Assembly (NCBI GenBank): GCA_964653375.1
Contig: CAZZFD010000001.1
Coordinates: 60,503 to 124,502, forward strand
Length of the DNA stretch: 64,000 nucleotides
Origin: an uncultured Bacteroides sp.
GTDB lineage: Bacteria; Bacteroidota; Bacteroidia; Bacteroidales; Muribaculaceae
Direction: 5' to 3'
In this document: positions 1 through 9,818 of the stretch, in pieces
Numbering within the stretch: position 1 is the first letter of the stretch
Layout: every line of letters begins with the position of its first letter
Made by a program: the position numbers and the translations under genes
The notes under the pieces: model-generated
The model's input: only the letters and a program-made list of their open reading frames with translations
What the model was told of the DNA's origin: nothing
Database searches by the model: none

Positions 1-43
1 TTCAACGTCGGGGTCACAATCGGAGATAAAATTCACGGTGATT

Positions 44-403
44 ATGAGCAGGTTTACCATTGAGGTCAACGATATGCGTCTGTATGCCAATCATGGCGTG
101 ATGCAGCAGGAACGTATTGTAGGCAATGAGTTCAATGTTACTGTGCATTTGGTTTTTGAATCCGGCGCGGATTTTAGAACTGATGATTTGGAATCAACTG
201 TCAATTATGCTGCAGTATGTGAGATAATCCGTCGTGTCATGGCTTCACCGGCAGATTTGCTTGAAACGGTGTGTCAACGGTTGGCAGCGGCTCTGAGTGA
301 TGAGTTTCCTCAAGTAGTGTCAGGTATGGTTCGTGTTGCTAAACTTACTCCTCCGATATCCGGCGTGCAGGTAAGTTCGGTGGCTGTAAAGATGACATTT
401 TAG
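44..403 (+). CDS. folB: dihydroneopterin aldolase
   Basis: Motifs YANHGV..QER..GNEF, TVNYA, LLET and VRVAKLTPPI. ATG at 44 preferred over the GTG at 38. Confidence 0.9.
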   Translation: MSRFTIEVNDMRLYANHGVMQQERIVGNEFNVTVHLVFESGADFRTDDLESTVNYAAVCEIIRRVMASPADLLETVCQRLAAALSDEFPQVVSGMVRVAKLTPPISGVQVSSVAVKMTF

Positions 404-1197
404 CGTTTGCGGAGTTCCCAGAACGCTACTGCTGAGGCTGCTGCCACATTGAGCGAGTCAACACCATGAGCCATAGGTATTTTTACTACATAGTCAGCTT
501 TGGCAATGGTGTCGGCAGTCAGGCCTTCGCCTTCCGTACCCATAATGACGGCGAGTCGAGGAATATGCTTAAGACTTTCATCGTCAAGAGGTAATGAATT
601 GTTACTTAAGGCCATGGCGGCAGTCTTAAATCCATATTGGTGAAGATGGGAGATGTCGTCGATCCAGCACCAGGGGACTAAGAATACTGACCCCATGCTT
701 ACTCTTATGGCACGTCGGTTGAGCGGGTCGCATGATGTGGGCGTTAGCATAACGGCATCTATACCCAGTGCAGCTGCCGAGCGGAATATAGCTCCTATAT
801 TTGTAGTATCGACCACAGAATCTATTATGACTATTCTATGTGACGTACTACATAGAGATGATGGTGAGGAAGGTTGCGGCCGCCGCATGGCGCATAGCAC
901 TCCGCGAGTGAGGGTATATCCGGTTAATTGAGTCAATGTTTCACGAGATGCTGTATAAACGGGCATAGAGGGGTTGGCTGCTATGATATCGGAAGCATCA
1001 CCTGTGATATGTTTTGATTCGCACATCAATGCTATGGGTTGTAGCCCTTTGGCAAGGGCTACACGTATCACTTTAGGACTTTCCACTATAATGATACCTT
1101 GTGAGGGGTCGAGCTTGTTGCGCAACTGTGCGTCGGTGAGGGAGGCAAACATGGCCACCCTGCTGTCGCTGATGTCGGAAATTTCTATTATTGCCAT
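400..1197 (-). CDS. TrmH/SpoU-family RNA methyltransferase
   Basis: SPOUT motifs NIGAIFRSAAALG, MGTEGEGL and IPM..GVDSLNVAAA. Confidence 0.9.
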   Translation of the reverse strand: MAIIEISDISDSRVAMFASLTDAQLRNKLDPSQGIIIVESPKVIRVALAKGLQPIALMCESKHITGDASDIIAANPSMPVYTASRETLTQLTGYTLTRGVLCAMRRPQPSSPSSLCSTSHRIVIIDSVVDTTNIGAIFRSAAALGIDAVMLTPTSCDPLNRRAIRVSMGSVFLVPWCWIDDISHLHQYGFKTAAMALSNNSLPLDDESLKHIPRLAVIMGTEGEGLTADTIAKADYVVKIPMAHGVDSLNVAAASAVAFWELRKR

Positions 1198-1275
1198 AAT
1201 TTGTGTGTAAAATTACGCAAAAATATCGTGAAATGTAGCAGTGCAGTGAAATGAATGTTACAAAAAAGTACACTA

Positions 1276-1307
1276 TTTGTCTATGAAAAACAGGAATATT
1301 AAGTTTG
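1276..1307 (+). promoter_or_regulatory. Bacteroidetes primary-sigma promoter (-33/-7)
   Basis: TTTG (1276-1279), 20-nt spacer, TAAGTTTG (1300-1307), upstream of the ATG at 1344. Confidence 0.6.
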
Positions 1308-1343
1308 TAAAAAATAAACCTTGTTAATCTGTCTATATACATT

Positions 1344-2312
1344 ATGATAAAGAAAATTTTGATAATTTTTGCCACGTTGCTCATTATAGCTATCGGTTTA
1401 TTCATCTATTTGGTCTGTGTCCAGTCACAGACAGATGTGTGGGTGGATCGTGAACACGGACGTATATGCGATATGCCTATAAGTGGTAGTCCGCTTATGG
1501 TGGAAGTCGTACCCGGATTGCATTTTCGTATTGATTCGGGTAGCGACGTTTCGGCAATAACTGAAGCTGATCTTGCTAAACTTGATTCGATGGGCTATAA
1601 AGTGGAAAAAAGTTTCGGCATATCTTTAGGTCGTAATTCCAATGGCGATATATCATTTTCTACTACCCGTTATAAAGTGGATATACCCACGTATCAATAT
1701 CACTTCGTGAAAGATTCATTGGGAAATGTCCGGACTGTAATCGATTCTACCACACTCAATGTTATTCATAATGTGGAATTTATTCCGGCACCTACAGATT
1801 TGTCGGTGTTGGGCGTAGATTTCCTTGAAGTATTTAATCTTGAGTATCGTCATTTTGATCAGGCAGTATCGCTTTATCTTGATGCTCAGACTAATTATGA
1901 ATCGTGTGTAAATATCAGTTATTCTAAAAAACCTTTTGAGTCGATTTTCCTTGGTAAACGATACTATCTTGACGCAATGATACATGACCGGCCTTATCAT
2001 TTCTTTATTGATACAGGTATTCGTAAAGCCAGTGTAAAACTTCCAACGTCGGAGTTGGTATATAATAAAAATAAACTTTACAAGGACACAGTAGAATCTT
2101 TTAGAGGAGTTTTCCCTGCTTTAGTAGATAAATCAGTATGGATGGTTATTGGCGACCGAGGAGGCCGGCGAAAAGTTTTCTATTACGACAATGATGAAGA
2201 GCCATGCGCTATCAACCCGCTTCTTTTCTTTAAGCAGGATATGTTTATCAACTATTCGGACGGCATGATTTTGCTACGTCCGTTCTGCGATTTGCCTAAG
2301 ACTACGGAATAA
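1344..2312 (+). CDS. membrane-anchored two-domain retropepsin-like aspartyl protease (putative)
   Basis: N-terminal hydrophobic helix; FRIDSGS...VLGVDFL and a second FFIDTG motif. Confidence 0.6.
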   Translation: MIKKILIIFATLLIIAIGLFIYLVCVQSQTDVWVDREHGRICDMPISGSPLMVEVVPGLHFRIDSGSDVSAITEADLAKLDSMGYKVEKSFGISLGRNSNGDISFSTTRYKVDIPTYQYHFVKDSLGNVRTVIDSTTLNVIHNVEFIPAPTDLSVLGVDFLEVFNLEYRHFDQAVSLYLDAQTNYESCVNISYSKKPFESIFLGKRYYLDAMIHDRPYHFFIDTGIRKASVKLPTSELVYNKNKLYKDTVESFRGVFPALVDKSVWMVIGDRGGRRKVFYYDNDEEPCAINPLLFFKQDMFINYSDGMILLRPFCDLPKTTE

Positions 2313-2315
2313 TTA

Positions 2316-2765
2316 TCAGCCAAGTATTTGCTCGGCGTGAATCTTTGTCTTTATCTCTTTCGGTGTAAATATTCTTGCTATGGTTCCGTCGGGATTTACT
2401 AAAAATGTGGTGCGAAGTGTACCCATATATTTTCGTCCGGCAAGTGTCTTTTCGCCCCAAACGCCCATCTCTTCCTGTCGCCTGTGGTCGGTATCAGCTA
2501 TCAGATGGAAAGGTAATTCATGCTTGGTTATGAATTTTTGGTGTGAAGATTCATTGTCGGAACTTACGCCGATCACGGTATAACCTTCTTCAGTTAGATC
2601 TTTATAATGGTCACGGAGTGAGCAGGCTTCGGCCGTGCATCCGGGCGTGTTGTCTTTAGGGTAAAAGTAAAGAATCAGCTTTTGTCCGGCGAAATCTTTC
2701 CGATAAAGTTTATTGCCATTTTCATCTATTCCTAAGTATTCGGGAATCAAATCACCTTGTTTCAT
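2316..2765 (-). CDS. bcp: thioredoxin-dependent thiol peroxidase (BCP)
   Basis: LYFYPKDNTPGCTAEAC peroxiredoxin motif and RTTFLV. Confidence 0.92.
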   Translation of the reverse strand: MKQGDLIPEYLGIDENGNKLYRKDFAGQKLILYFYPKDNTPGCTAEACSLRDHYKDLTEEGYTVIGVSSDNESSHQKFITKHELPFHLIADTDHRRQEEMGVWGEKTLAGRKYMGTLRTTFLVNPDGTIARIFTPKEIKTKIHAEQILG

Positions 2766-2838
2766 AATCGTAATGGTTTTTATATGTGATGTAAAACTAA
2801 TTGTCTAAATTTGTAAAGTCTATGATAATATAACGCTG

Positions 2839-4272
2839 ATGGACATTAATGAGTTTGCAGAACGTATATTTTTGAATCTTCCTTATGACCCAAATTCGCA
2901 GCAGATAGAGCTTATAGCGGCTTTGGCTCGTTTCTGTGCAGATACCGCTCCTGGTTATCCTTTGTTTTTGCTCAACGGGTATGCTGGTACAGGCAAGACG
3001 TCGCTGACAGGAGCTATGGTGCGGGCTTTGCATGAGGCAGGAATAGCTACTGTCCTTATGGCTCCTACAGGTCGTGCTGCTAAGGTGTTTGGACGTTTTG
3101 CACGTCAGATGGCTACTACTATACATCGGCGTATATATCGCGGGGCTGAAGCCGGATTGGTTTATGGAGCAGATACTGAGGTGGCTGAAAACACTTCGGT
3201 AAATACTGTTTTTATTGTAGATGAGGCCTCGATGATAGGCGATGGCGCTGGAATAGATACGGATATGTCCACCCGAAAGTCGTTGCTTGAGGATTTGATT
3301 CAATATGTATATTCAGGTGAAAATTGCAGGTTGATTCTTCTTGGTGACACGGCTCAGTTGCCTCCGGTAGGATGTGAGGAGAGTCCGGCCATGAATGTTG
3401 ATACGCTCAAGAGCTTCGGATTGCGTGTGTCGCGCGCCGTGCTGACGCAGGTGGTACGTCAGCAGAAAATGTCAGGTATACTCTACAATGCTACATGGTT
3501 GCGGAAAGCTATGCTTCGTTCACCGCTACCTATGCCTCAAGTCTCAGTAAGAAAATTTGATGATGTCGATGCTGTGTCGGGAGAGGAACTTGAAGATAAG
3601 ATTTCTTCGGCATACTCCGATGCCGGAGAGGCTGAAACACTATTGGTAACGCGTTCTAATAAACGAGCTGTGGCGTTCAATCTTGCCATACGCGCGCGTA
3701 TATTGGGGAGAGAGGAAGAGCTTTGCAGGGGAGAGCGGTTGATGGTGGCGAAAAACAACTATCTGTGGAGCGCCAAGGTCAAGGGGCTTGACTTTGTGGC
3801 TAATGGTGATATGGCAGAAGTGGAATATATCTATGGTACGGAGGAAAAATATGGGTTTCGTTTTGCCGATGTAAGATTACGGTTGCCGGATCGAGATATT
3901 TCAATTGAGTGTAAGATATTGCTTGATACATTGATAAGTGAATCGCCGTCCTTGCCACACGATAAAATGTATATGTTGTATAACACCGCACTTGCCGATA
4001 CGGAGCTTTTTACGCCATCTACTCCTATGCGGACACGTATGCGTACACTTCGCAGCAATCCTTATGTCAACGCTCTTCAGGTGAAATATGCATATGCTGT
4101 CACTTGTCATAAAGCTCAAGGCGGACAGTGGAGTCAGGTGTTTGTGGATATGGGATTTATACCTGATGATGCCTATACTTCACTTGATTTTTACAGGTGG
4201 CTTTACACGGCTGTGACTCGTTCGACATCTCATCTTTATATCATCAATCCGGCAGAATCTTTGCTGCGCTGA
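2839..4272 (+). CDS. RecD-like SF1 ATP-dependent DNA helicase
   Basis: GYAGTGKT Walker A, APTGRAA, IVDEASM, GDTAQLPPV, YAVTCHKAQG and YTAVTR. Confidence 0.88.
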   Translation: MDINEFAERIFLNLPYDPNSQQIELIAALARFCADTAPGYPLFLLNGYAGTGKTSLTGAMVRALHEAGIATVLMAPTGRAAKVFGRFARQMATTIHRRIYRGAEAGLVYGADTEVAENTSVNTVFIVDEASMIGDGAGIDTDMSTRKSLLEDLIQYVYSGENCRLILLGDTAQLPPVGCEESPAMNVDTLKSFGLRVSRAVLTQVVRQQKMSGILYNATWLRKAMLRSPLPMPQVSVRKFDDVDAVSGEELEDKISSAYSDAGEAETLLVTRSNKRAVAFNLAIRARILGREEELCRGERLMVAKNNYLWSAKVKGLDFVANGDMAEVEYIYGTEEKYGFRFADVRLRLPDRDISIECKILLDTLISESPSLPHDKMYMLYNTALADTELFTPSTPMRTRMRTLRSNPYVNALQVKYAYAVTCHKAQGGQWSQVFVDMGFIPDDAYTSLDFYRWLYTAVTRSTSHLYIINPAESLLR

Positions 4273-4285
4273 AGTGATATGTTTG

Positions 4286-4321
4286 AAAAAAAGATGGGCC
4301 ACACACAGGTGCAGCCCATCT
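4286..4321 (-). terminator. intrinsic terminator of the GH92 operon
   Basis: AGATGGGC/GCCCATCT stem with a T-tract on the minus strand, between convergent genes. Confidence 0.65.
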
Positions 4322-4344
4322 ATGACAATAAGTATCGTTAACGA

Positions 4345-6510
4345 TTATTTGTCGGTCATTTCAAAGACTATTTCTCCGCCTTTCATTATATCATCGTGAG
4401 TAATGTAAGGTTTGTCGTAATCTTTACCATTGAGTTTTACGGATTTGATATATTTGTTATCCGCGGAATTGCTGACAGTCTTAATGGTAAACGTACCGCC
4501 AGGGACAGTCAATGATGCTTCATCAAATATCGGAGAGCCGAACCAGTAGCGACCTGAAGCAGGTTCTGCCTGATAGAAGCCCAAAGCAGACATGATGTAC
4601 CATGCCGACATTTGTCCGGCATCTTCGTTACCGGCAAGACCATCGGGGGCTGTGGTATAGAAATCATTGAGTATTTGGCGAACCCGTTCAGCGGTTTTAT
4701 CGGGAGCATCCAGCATAGTGTAAAGATATATAGTGCTGTGACTCGGTTCGTTGCCGTGGGCATACTGTCCGATAAGGCCTGTGATATCAGGCGATTTGTC
4801 ATCACCGGTTAGTTCAGAGCTTGTAGCGAAGAGTGAATCGAGATGAGCGACAGTGGCTTCTTTTGATCCGAAAAATTCGATAAGACCATCTATATCCTGA
4901 GGAGCCAGCCAGGTGTACTGCCATGCATTGCCCTCACAATAATCGTCGGCACGATGAGTGGTGGAATTGGGATCAAACGGAGTTCGCCATGACCCGTCGG
5001 CCATTTTGCCGCGAACAAATCCGGTAGAAGAATCAAGATAGTTGCGATATGAACGGCTGCGTTCAGTGAATTTCTTTTGATTCTCGGTATCATTCATAGC
5101 ATTGGCGGCATTAGCTACGGCACCATCGGCCACAGCATATTCCATGTCGTAAGCTATGGCTTCGTTGAAAAGGTCGGCGGGTATATAGCCGTATTGCTGG
5201 CGAAGACCACCTCCGCGGGCAGTGTCGGCAGCGGTGACGAGAATGGCTTTATAAGCCTCGTCACGGTCTATGCCGGGAATATTTTTTACTATGGCGTCGG
5301 CCACAGGGATAATTCCGGGATTACCTACCATACAGTCGGTTTCATTGCCCCAGAGATGCCAAACCGGGAGGCGACCCTGCTTTTTGTAGATGTCAATCAT
5401 GGTGTTGATCATCTGGGCATTGCGTTCGGGGTGGAGGATTGACATCAGTGGCATCTGAGCACGGTAAGTATCCCATAGTGAGAATATGGTGTATTGGGGT
5501 GCTTCCGAAGTGTAAACTTCACCGTCAGCACCACGGTATTCACCGGTAACATCGCTAAATGTGGCCGGGACAATCATGGTATGATATAGAGCGGTATAGA
5601 ATTTTTTCAGGGCATCGGTGTCATCGGTGGTGACTTTTATCCGGCCAAGTTCATTATCCCATGAGTTGTAGGCAGCGACAGCCGTAGCGTCAAAATCCCA
5701 TCCGGGAAGTTCTTGAGCCATATTGGCTTTTGCGCCTTCGATTGACACCGGAGAGATAGCAACTTTCATTAAAATCTGTTCGGCAGAGTCGGTTGTGAAG
5801 TTGGCTCGGCCGTACATTTCGTTGTCGCCTTTGATTTCAAATGAGTCGAATGGTTTTGAAAACTCAGCTACGAAGTATACTTTCTGGTCTTTAGCCCAGC
5901 CGGTAGATTGGCGATATCCTACCACGCGGTTGTTGCCTTCAGCTTCTATGTGTGTCGCAACAGGTTTATCCCAGCAACCTCCGTTTTCAAGATCAATCAC
6001 TATGGCTGCGTCTTCTGCTTTGGGGAACGTGTATCGGTGCATACCCACCCGGTTTGTGGCTGTTAGTTCAGCATTGATGCCGTAGCGGGTAAGAGGAATC
6101 GAGTAATAGCCGGGGCGTGATACTTGAGCCGAGCGCTCGCCGTAGGACCAAAGTCCTGAAGCGGGGTCTTCTTCAGTGCCTCGAGCGTAAGTCACATCTC
6201 CAATTACGGGCATAACGGTCACATCAAAGAGGTCACCGATGCCGGTCCCTTCGAGGTGAGTGTGAGAAAATCCTATTATTGTAGAATCACTGTCGTGATA
6301 TCCCGAACACCAATCCCATGTCTGGGGAATGGAAGTAGGACCGAGCTGAACCATACCGAATGGCACATTCGCGCCCATGAACACATGGCCGTGTCCGCCG
6401 GTGCCAATAGAAGTATCTACATATCCCACTACTGATTCTTGTGCAGGTTCCTGTGTGGAGCAGGCTACGGCAAGCAGTGGTGTCAACCAAAGGATGTTAA
6501 TCAGTCGCAT
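4345..6510 (-). CDS. GH92 alpha-mannosidase, lipoprotein
   Basis: IGTGGHGHVF.GANVPFGMVQLGP, FSLWDTYR, HGNEPSH and GNEDAGQMSAWY; lipobox LAVAC. Confidence 0.92.
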   Translation of the reverse strand: MRLINILWLTPLLAVACSTQEPAQESVVGYVDTSIGTGGHGHVFMGANVPFGMVQLGPTSIPQTWDWCSGYHDSDSTIIGFSHTHLEGTGIGDLFDVTVMPVIGDVTYARGTEEDPASGLWSYGERSAQVSRPGYYSIPLTRYGINAELTATNRVGMHRYTFPKAEDAAIVIDLENGGCWDKPVATHIEAEGNNRVVGYRQSTGWAKDQKVYFVAEFSKPFDSFEIKGDNEMYGRANFTTDSAEQILMKVAISPVSIEGAKANMAQELPGWDFDATAVAAYNSWDNELGRIKVTTDDTDALKKFYTALYHTMIVPATFSDVTGEYRGADGEVYTSEAPQYTIFSLWDTYRAQMPLMSILHPERNAQMINTMIDIYKKQGRLPVWHLWGNETDCMVGNPGIIPVADAIVKNIPGIDRDEAYKAILVTAADTARGGGLRQQYGYIPADLFNEAIAYDMEYAVADGAVANAANAMNDTENQKKFTERSRSYRNYLDSSTGFVRGKMADGSWRTPFDPNSTTHRADDYCEGNAWQYTWLAPQDIDGLIEFFGSKEATVAHLDSLFATSSELTGDDKSPDITGLIGQYAHGNEPSHSTIYLYTMLDAPDKTAERVRQILNDFYTTAPDGLAGNEDAGQMSAWYIMSALGFYQAEPASGRYWFGSPIFDEASLTVPGGTFTIKTVSNSADNKYIKSVKLNGKDYDKPYITHDDIMKGGEIVFEMTDK

Positions 6511-6538
6511 TGTATATAATTAATTTGGGGTTAGAAAT

Positions 6539-8812
6539 TTATTTGTGTCTGTTACTAAGTTTCATCTTCAGATTGCCTCCTTTGACTAACTGATCGTGGG
6601 ATAAACGGTAGTCCTTTAGAGGCTTGCCGTCGAGTGTCATCGATTCAATATATATGGCATCAGGAGAAGTCCGTTCGGTTTCGATTGTTAAAGTTCCTTC
6701 GTTAGTGTCAATTTCTACCAAGTCGAAACGCGGTGAGGTGAGGGTGTAATATGGTTGACCGGGGCAGTCCGGATAGAATCCCATCATTGAGAAAACTGCC
6801 CATGCCGACATTGTGCCGGTATCGTCATTGCCCGGTATTCCGTCGGGATTAGTTGTGAAGTGCTTGTCGAGAATGCGGTTTACTTCTTTTTGTGTGCGCC
6901 ATTCCTCGCCTTTGAAGCGACTGAAAAGATAGGGGTAGGCAATATCAGGCTCGTTGGCCGGGTCATAAAGCAGAGAGTCCATCACCATCTGCAGTTTGTC
7001 GACAAATTTACGTTTTCCACCCATAAGTTTTGCTAACCCTTCCACATCATGAGGTACGAAAAATGTATAATTCCAAGCACTGCCTTCATGAAACCCTGGC
7101 ACGGGCTCAAAGTTTTCGCCCTGACGGGGATTGAAAGGAGAGAGGAATGTACCGTCGGCATTGAGCGGACGCAATGTGCCACTTTCTTTTGAGTAATAGT
7201 TTTTGTAGCCTTGCGAGCGCCGACGCATTTCAGCAGCAAAATTTTTGTCGCCACGTTCTTCGGCTAAGGTAGCCAAAGCGGCATCAGCTACATAATATTC
7301 AAGCGCGTGCGACACTGAATTGTCGCCTGAGTTATCGCCCTGATGTGTTCCGAGCGGAACATATCCTTTGGCTATGTAGGGATCGATGTCGGGACGCATG
7401 GGGTTGAGGGCACCGGGTGTTGTGGCTGATTTTTTCATGGCTTCATAGGCGGCATCGATATCGTAGTCGCGCAATCCTTTGAGCCAAGTGTCGACAATGA
7501 CAGGAATGGCCGGGTCGCCTTCCATAGTGAATGTCTCGCGTCCATATAGTTCCCATTTTGGCAGCCACCCCCATTCTTTTGACATATCTATCATCGAACG
7601 TACCATGTCGGTCTGACGTTCGGGATATACCAGTGTCATCAACTGATGGACGTTGCGGTATGTATCCCAGAGAGAGAATACAGTGTAGCGATTATGGCCG
7701 TCGGTTACCGTTCCGTCACCAAATGATTCCATCAACGGGTACTGGCCATTGACATCATTGAGCACATTGGGGTGGATAAGAGTATGGTAAAGGCCGGTGT
7801 AGAAAACCTCTTTATCCCGGTCGTTTCCTCCACTGACACGTATGCGACCGAGGTCGGCATTCCATGTTGATTTAGCTTGTGAGGCTATGGCGTCAAAGTT
7901 TAAGCCATGTTGTTCTTTCAGGAGGTTTTCGCGTGCATTGGCTGTAGAGACAAATGATACACCTATGCGCACTTCTATCTGTTCGCCGGGGGCAAGATTG
8001 TCGTATGTCCACCAGTATCCTATATCATCGCCAGAGAGTTCGCGGCTATATTGAGTATATAGTTTGTATGTACCGGCATCGGGGGTCCATTCAGCTTCTA
8101 CTCCTGTCATTTCGGGTTGCATTTTCCAGTAACCGCTTGACGAAGGCTTTTTGCTCACTTGCATTACGAAGTATATCGGGAAAACTTTTTGCGGATTGTA
8201 GCAAAAAGTACCCATAAGTTTGCTTCCTTCGATTTCGGTGTCGCTCACACGTCGTACTGTGGCACCCGATTCATTGGTTAATCCTTCACCAAGATTGATG
8301 AGGATGTTGCTTTTACCCCCCGGAAAAGTGAACCGTTCGATAGATGAACGCTTGGTGGCTGTGACTTCGGTGAGAATATTGTATCGGTCGAGGCGATTGG
8401 AATAATAGCCGGGTGAGGCTTTTTCATCGGAATAGGTCGAACCGTATTTCTTGTAGTCAGGTTCGAAGTCGCCTGTTGTAGCCATAGTCAGAAGTGAGCC
8501 GAGATCGGGACAGCCTACGCCGCTTAATGTCACGTGAGCGTAACCGGTGAAAAACTTGTTATGATATTCGTAGGGAGTAGACCACCAGCGTGCATCTTTG
8601 TCGTAAAGATTGTCAGATGAACCCATCACGTTGAATGGTACTACAGACATCATTCCGTTGGGCATCACAGCTCCCGGATTGGTGGTGCCGAAATTGGTAG
8701 TTCCTATAAAAGGATTGACGTATTGGGTATAATCTACGGTTTCAGTTGCTCCGATGGCTCCTGCTGATATGATTGCTGTCACTACAGCTGCTGCTAATCG
8801 CTTAAATTTCAT
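6539..8812 (-). CDS. GH92 alpha-mannosidase, secreted/periplasmic
   Basis: YVNPFIGT, FSLWDTYR, ANEPD and GNDDTGTMSAW; Sec signal peptide. Confidence 0.92.
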   Translation of the reverse strand: MKFKRLAAAVVTAIISAGAIGATETVDYTQYVNPFIGTTNFGTTNPGAVMPNGMMSVVPFNVMGSSDNLYDKDARWWSTPYEYHNKFFTGYAHVTLSGVGCPDLGSLLTMATTGDFEPDYKKYGSTYSDEKASPGYYSNRLDRYNILTEVTATKRSSIERFTFPGGKSNILINLGEGLTNESGATVRRVSDTEIEGSKLMGTFCYNPQKVFPIYFVMQVSKKPSSSGYWKMQPEMTGVEAEWTPDAGTYKLYTQYSRELSGDDIGYWWTYDNLAPGEQIEVRIGVSFVSTANARENLLKEQHGLNFDAIASQAKSTWNADLGRIRVSGGNDRDKEVFYTGLYHTLIHPNVLNDVNGQYPLMESFGDGTVTDGHNRYTVFSLWDTYRNVHQLMTLVYPERQTDMVRSMIDMSKEWGWLPKWELYGRETFTMEGDPAIPVIVDTWLKGLRDYDIDAAYEAMKKSATTPGALNPMRPDIDPYIAKGYVPLGTHQGDNSGDNSVSHALEYYVADAALATLAEERGDKNFAAEMRRRSQGYKNYYSKESGTLRPLNADGTFLSPFNPRQGENFEPVPGFHEGSAWNYTFFVPHDVEGLAKLMGGKRKFVDKLQMVMDSLLYDPANEPDIAYPYLFSRFKGEEWRTQKEVNRILDKHFTTNPDGIPGNDDTGTMSAWAVFSMMGFYPDCPGQPYYTLTSPRFDLVEIDTNEGTLTIETERTSPDAIYIESMTLDGKPLKDYRLSHDQLVKGGNLKMKLSNRHK

Positions 8813-9020
8813 ATTGTTCTATTGCTATGGTATTAGTTGGAAGTGACGAAAATATTTTGTTTTACAAAAGTATAAAATAATCCCGATAAATGAAAGTAAT
8901 TGGTTGTCCTCGGCGGTGTATAACGATTTTGGTTATGTTTAACTAATTTTAACTGCAAAATGTCAAATAACATATAATTATGCGATAATTTTGCAACGTC
9001 TAAGGTAAAAAAGGATAATT

Positions 9021-9066
9021 TTGTACACTGCTGATACCCCTTTCGAGGGTGTCGGTATGTGTGCAA
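9021..9066 (+). promoter_or_regulatory. long 5'-leader hairpin upstream of a T9SS-cargo-like gene
   Basis: About 20-bp stem with G-U pairs and two bulges closing a UUCG-containing loop (TTGTACACTGCTGATACCCCT-TTCG-AGGGTGTCGGTATGTGTGCAA); TAATTTTG at 8986 and 9016. Confidence 0.5.
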
Positions 9067-9099
9067 TAATTTTATTATTAAACCAATCAATATCTGTGT

Positions 9100-9663
9100 A
9101 TGAAAAAAATTTACTTCCTATTTCTTAGTTTTGCGCTCTGTTTTACATTTTCCAATGCTTCTGCCAAATCAGATATTTCATTTACCGGCGCTGACACTTG
9201 GTATTACTTTTGGTTTTGTACAGACGGCTGTGGTTCTATTGAAGTATATTCAGATGCGGCTCACACTGATAAAATAGTTGAAGATTTTGGCTCTGCTGAC
9301 GGTGTAGATATTGATTTGCAGCTTTCTACTTTTCCCAATGGTATGTTTATGGTACTCACGCCAAATGAAGGTTTTGAGCTGGACAATGTGATTATCAATG
9401 ATAAGACTTTCTTTTATGATGTAGTTGATAATTGTGTGAATGTCAAAATCGAGGATATACCTGAAGCTGAAGATGGTATTATGGTGTCAGTTTTCTTTAT
9501 TGAACAAAAATTAGGAGCTATCAGCGAAATTGGTGTTGATTTTTGCGGTGAAGTTGAATATTACAATCTTCAAGGTATTCGAGTAGCAGTTGAAAATTTG
9601 TCTAACGGTATCTATGTAGCGCGTCAAGGAGATAAGGCTTCTAAAATTCTTATCAGAAAATAG
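9100..9663 (+). CDS. secreted hypothetical protein with T9SS-like C-terminal sorting tail
   Basis: Signal peptide; C-terminus YYNLQGIRV...NGIYVARQGDKASKILIRK. Confidence 0.7.
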   Translation: MKKIYFLFLSFALCFTFSNASAKSDISFTGADTWYYFWFCTDGCGSIEVYSDAAHTDKIVEDFGSADGVDIDLQLSTFPNGMFMVLTPNEGFELDNVIINDKTFFYDVVDNCVNVKIEDIPEAEDGIMVSVFFIEQKLGAISEIGVDFCGEVEYYNLQGIRVAVENLSNGIYVARQGDKASKILIRK

Positions 9664-9690
9664 TAATTCAGCATAATTAAAAAATATATT

Positions 9691-9727
9691 AAAAGGGCGG
9701 CATGATTACATATTCCGCTCTTTTTTT
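9691..9727 (+). terminator. intrinsic terminator
   Basis: AAAAGGGCGG...CCGCTC stem followed by a T8 tract. Confidence 0.7.
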
Positions 9728-9735
9728 ATTTGAGA

Positions 9736-9762
9736 TGTCACCTTTGGCCACAATCAAACGTC
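9736..9762 (+). promoter_or_regulatory. putative ECF-sigma promoter
   Basis: TGTCAC-N17-CGTC upstream of an operon that encodes an ECF sigma factor. Confidence 0.5.
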
Positions 9763-9818
9763 ATATATCCGAAAGCGCATAAAAGTATTCAATAAAAATT
9801 TACTAAAAATTAATAGTT

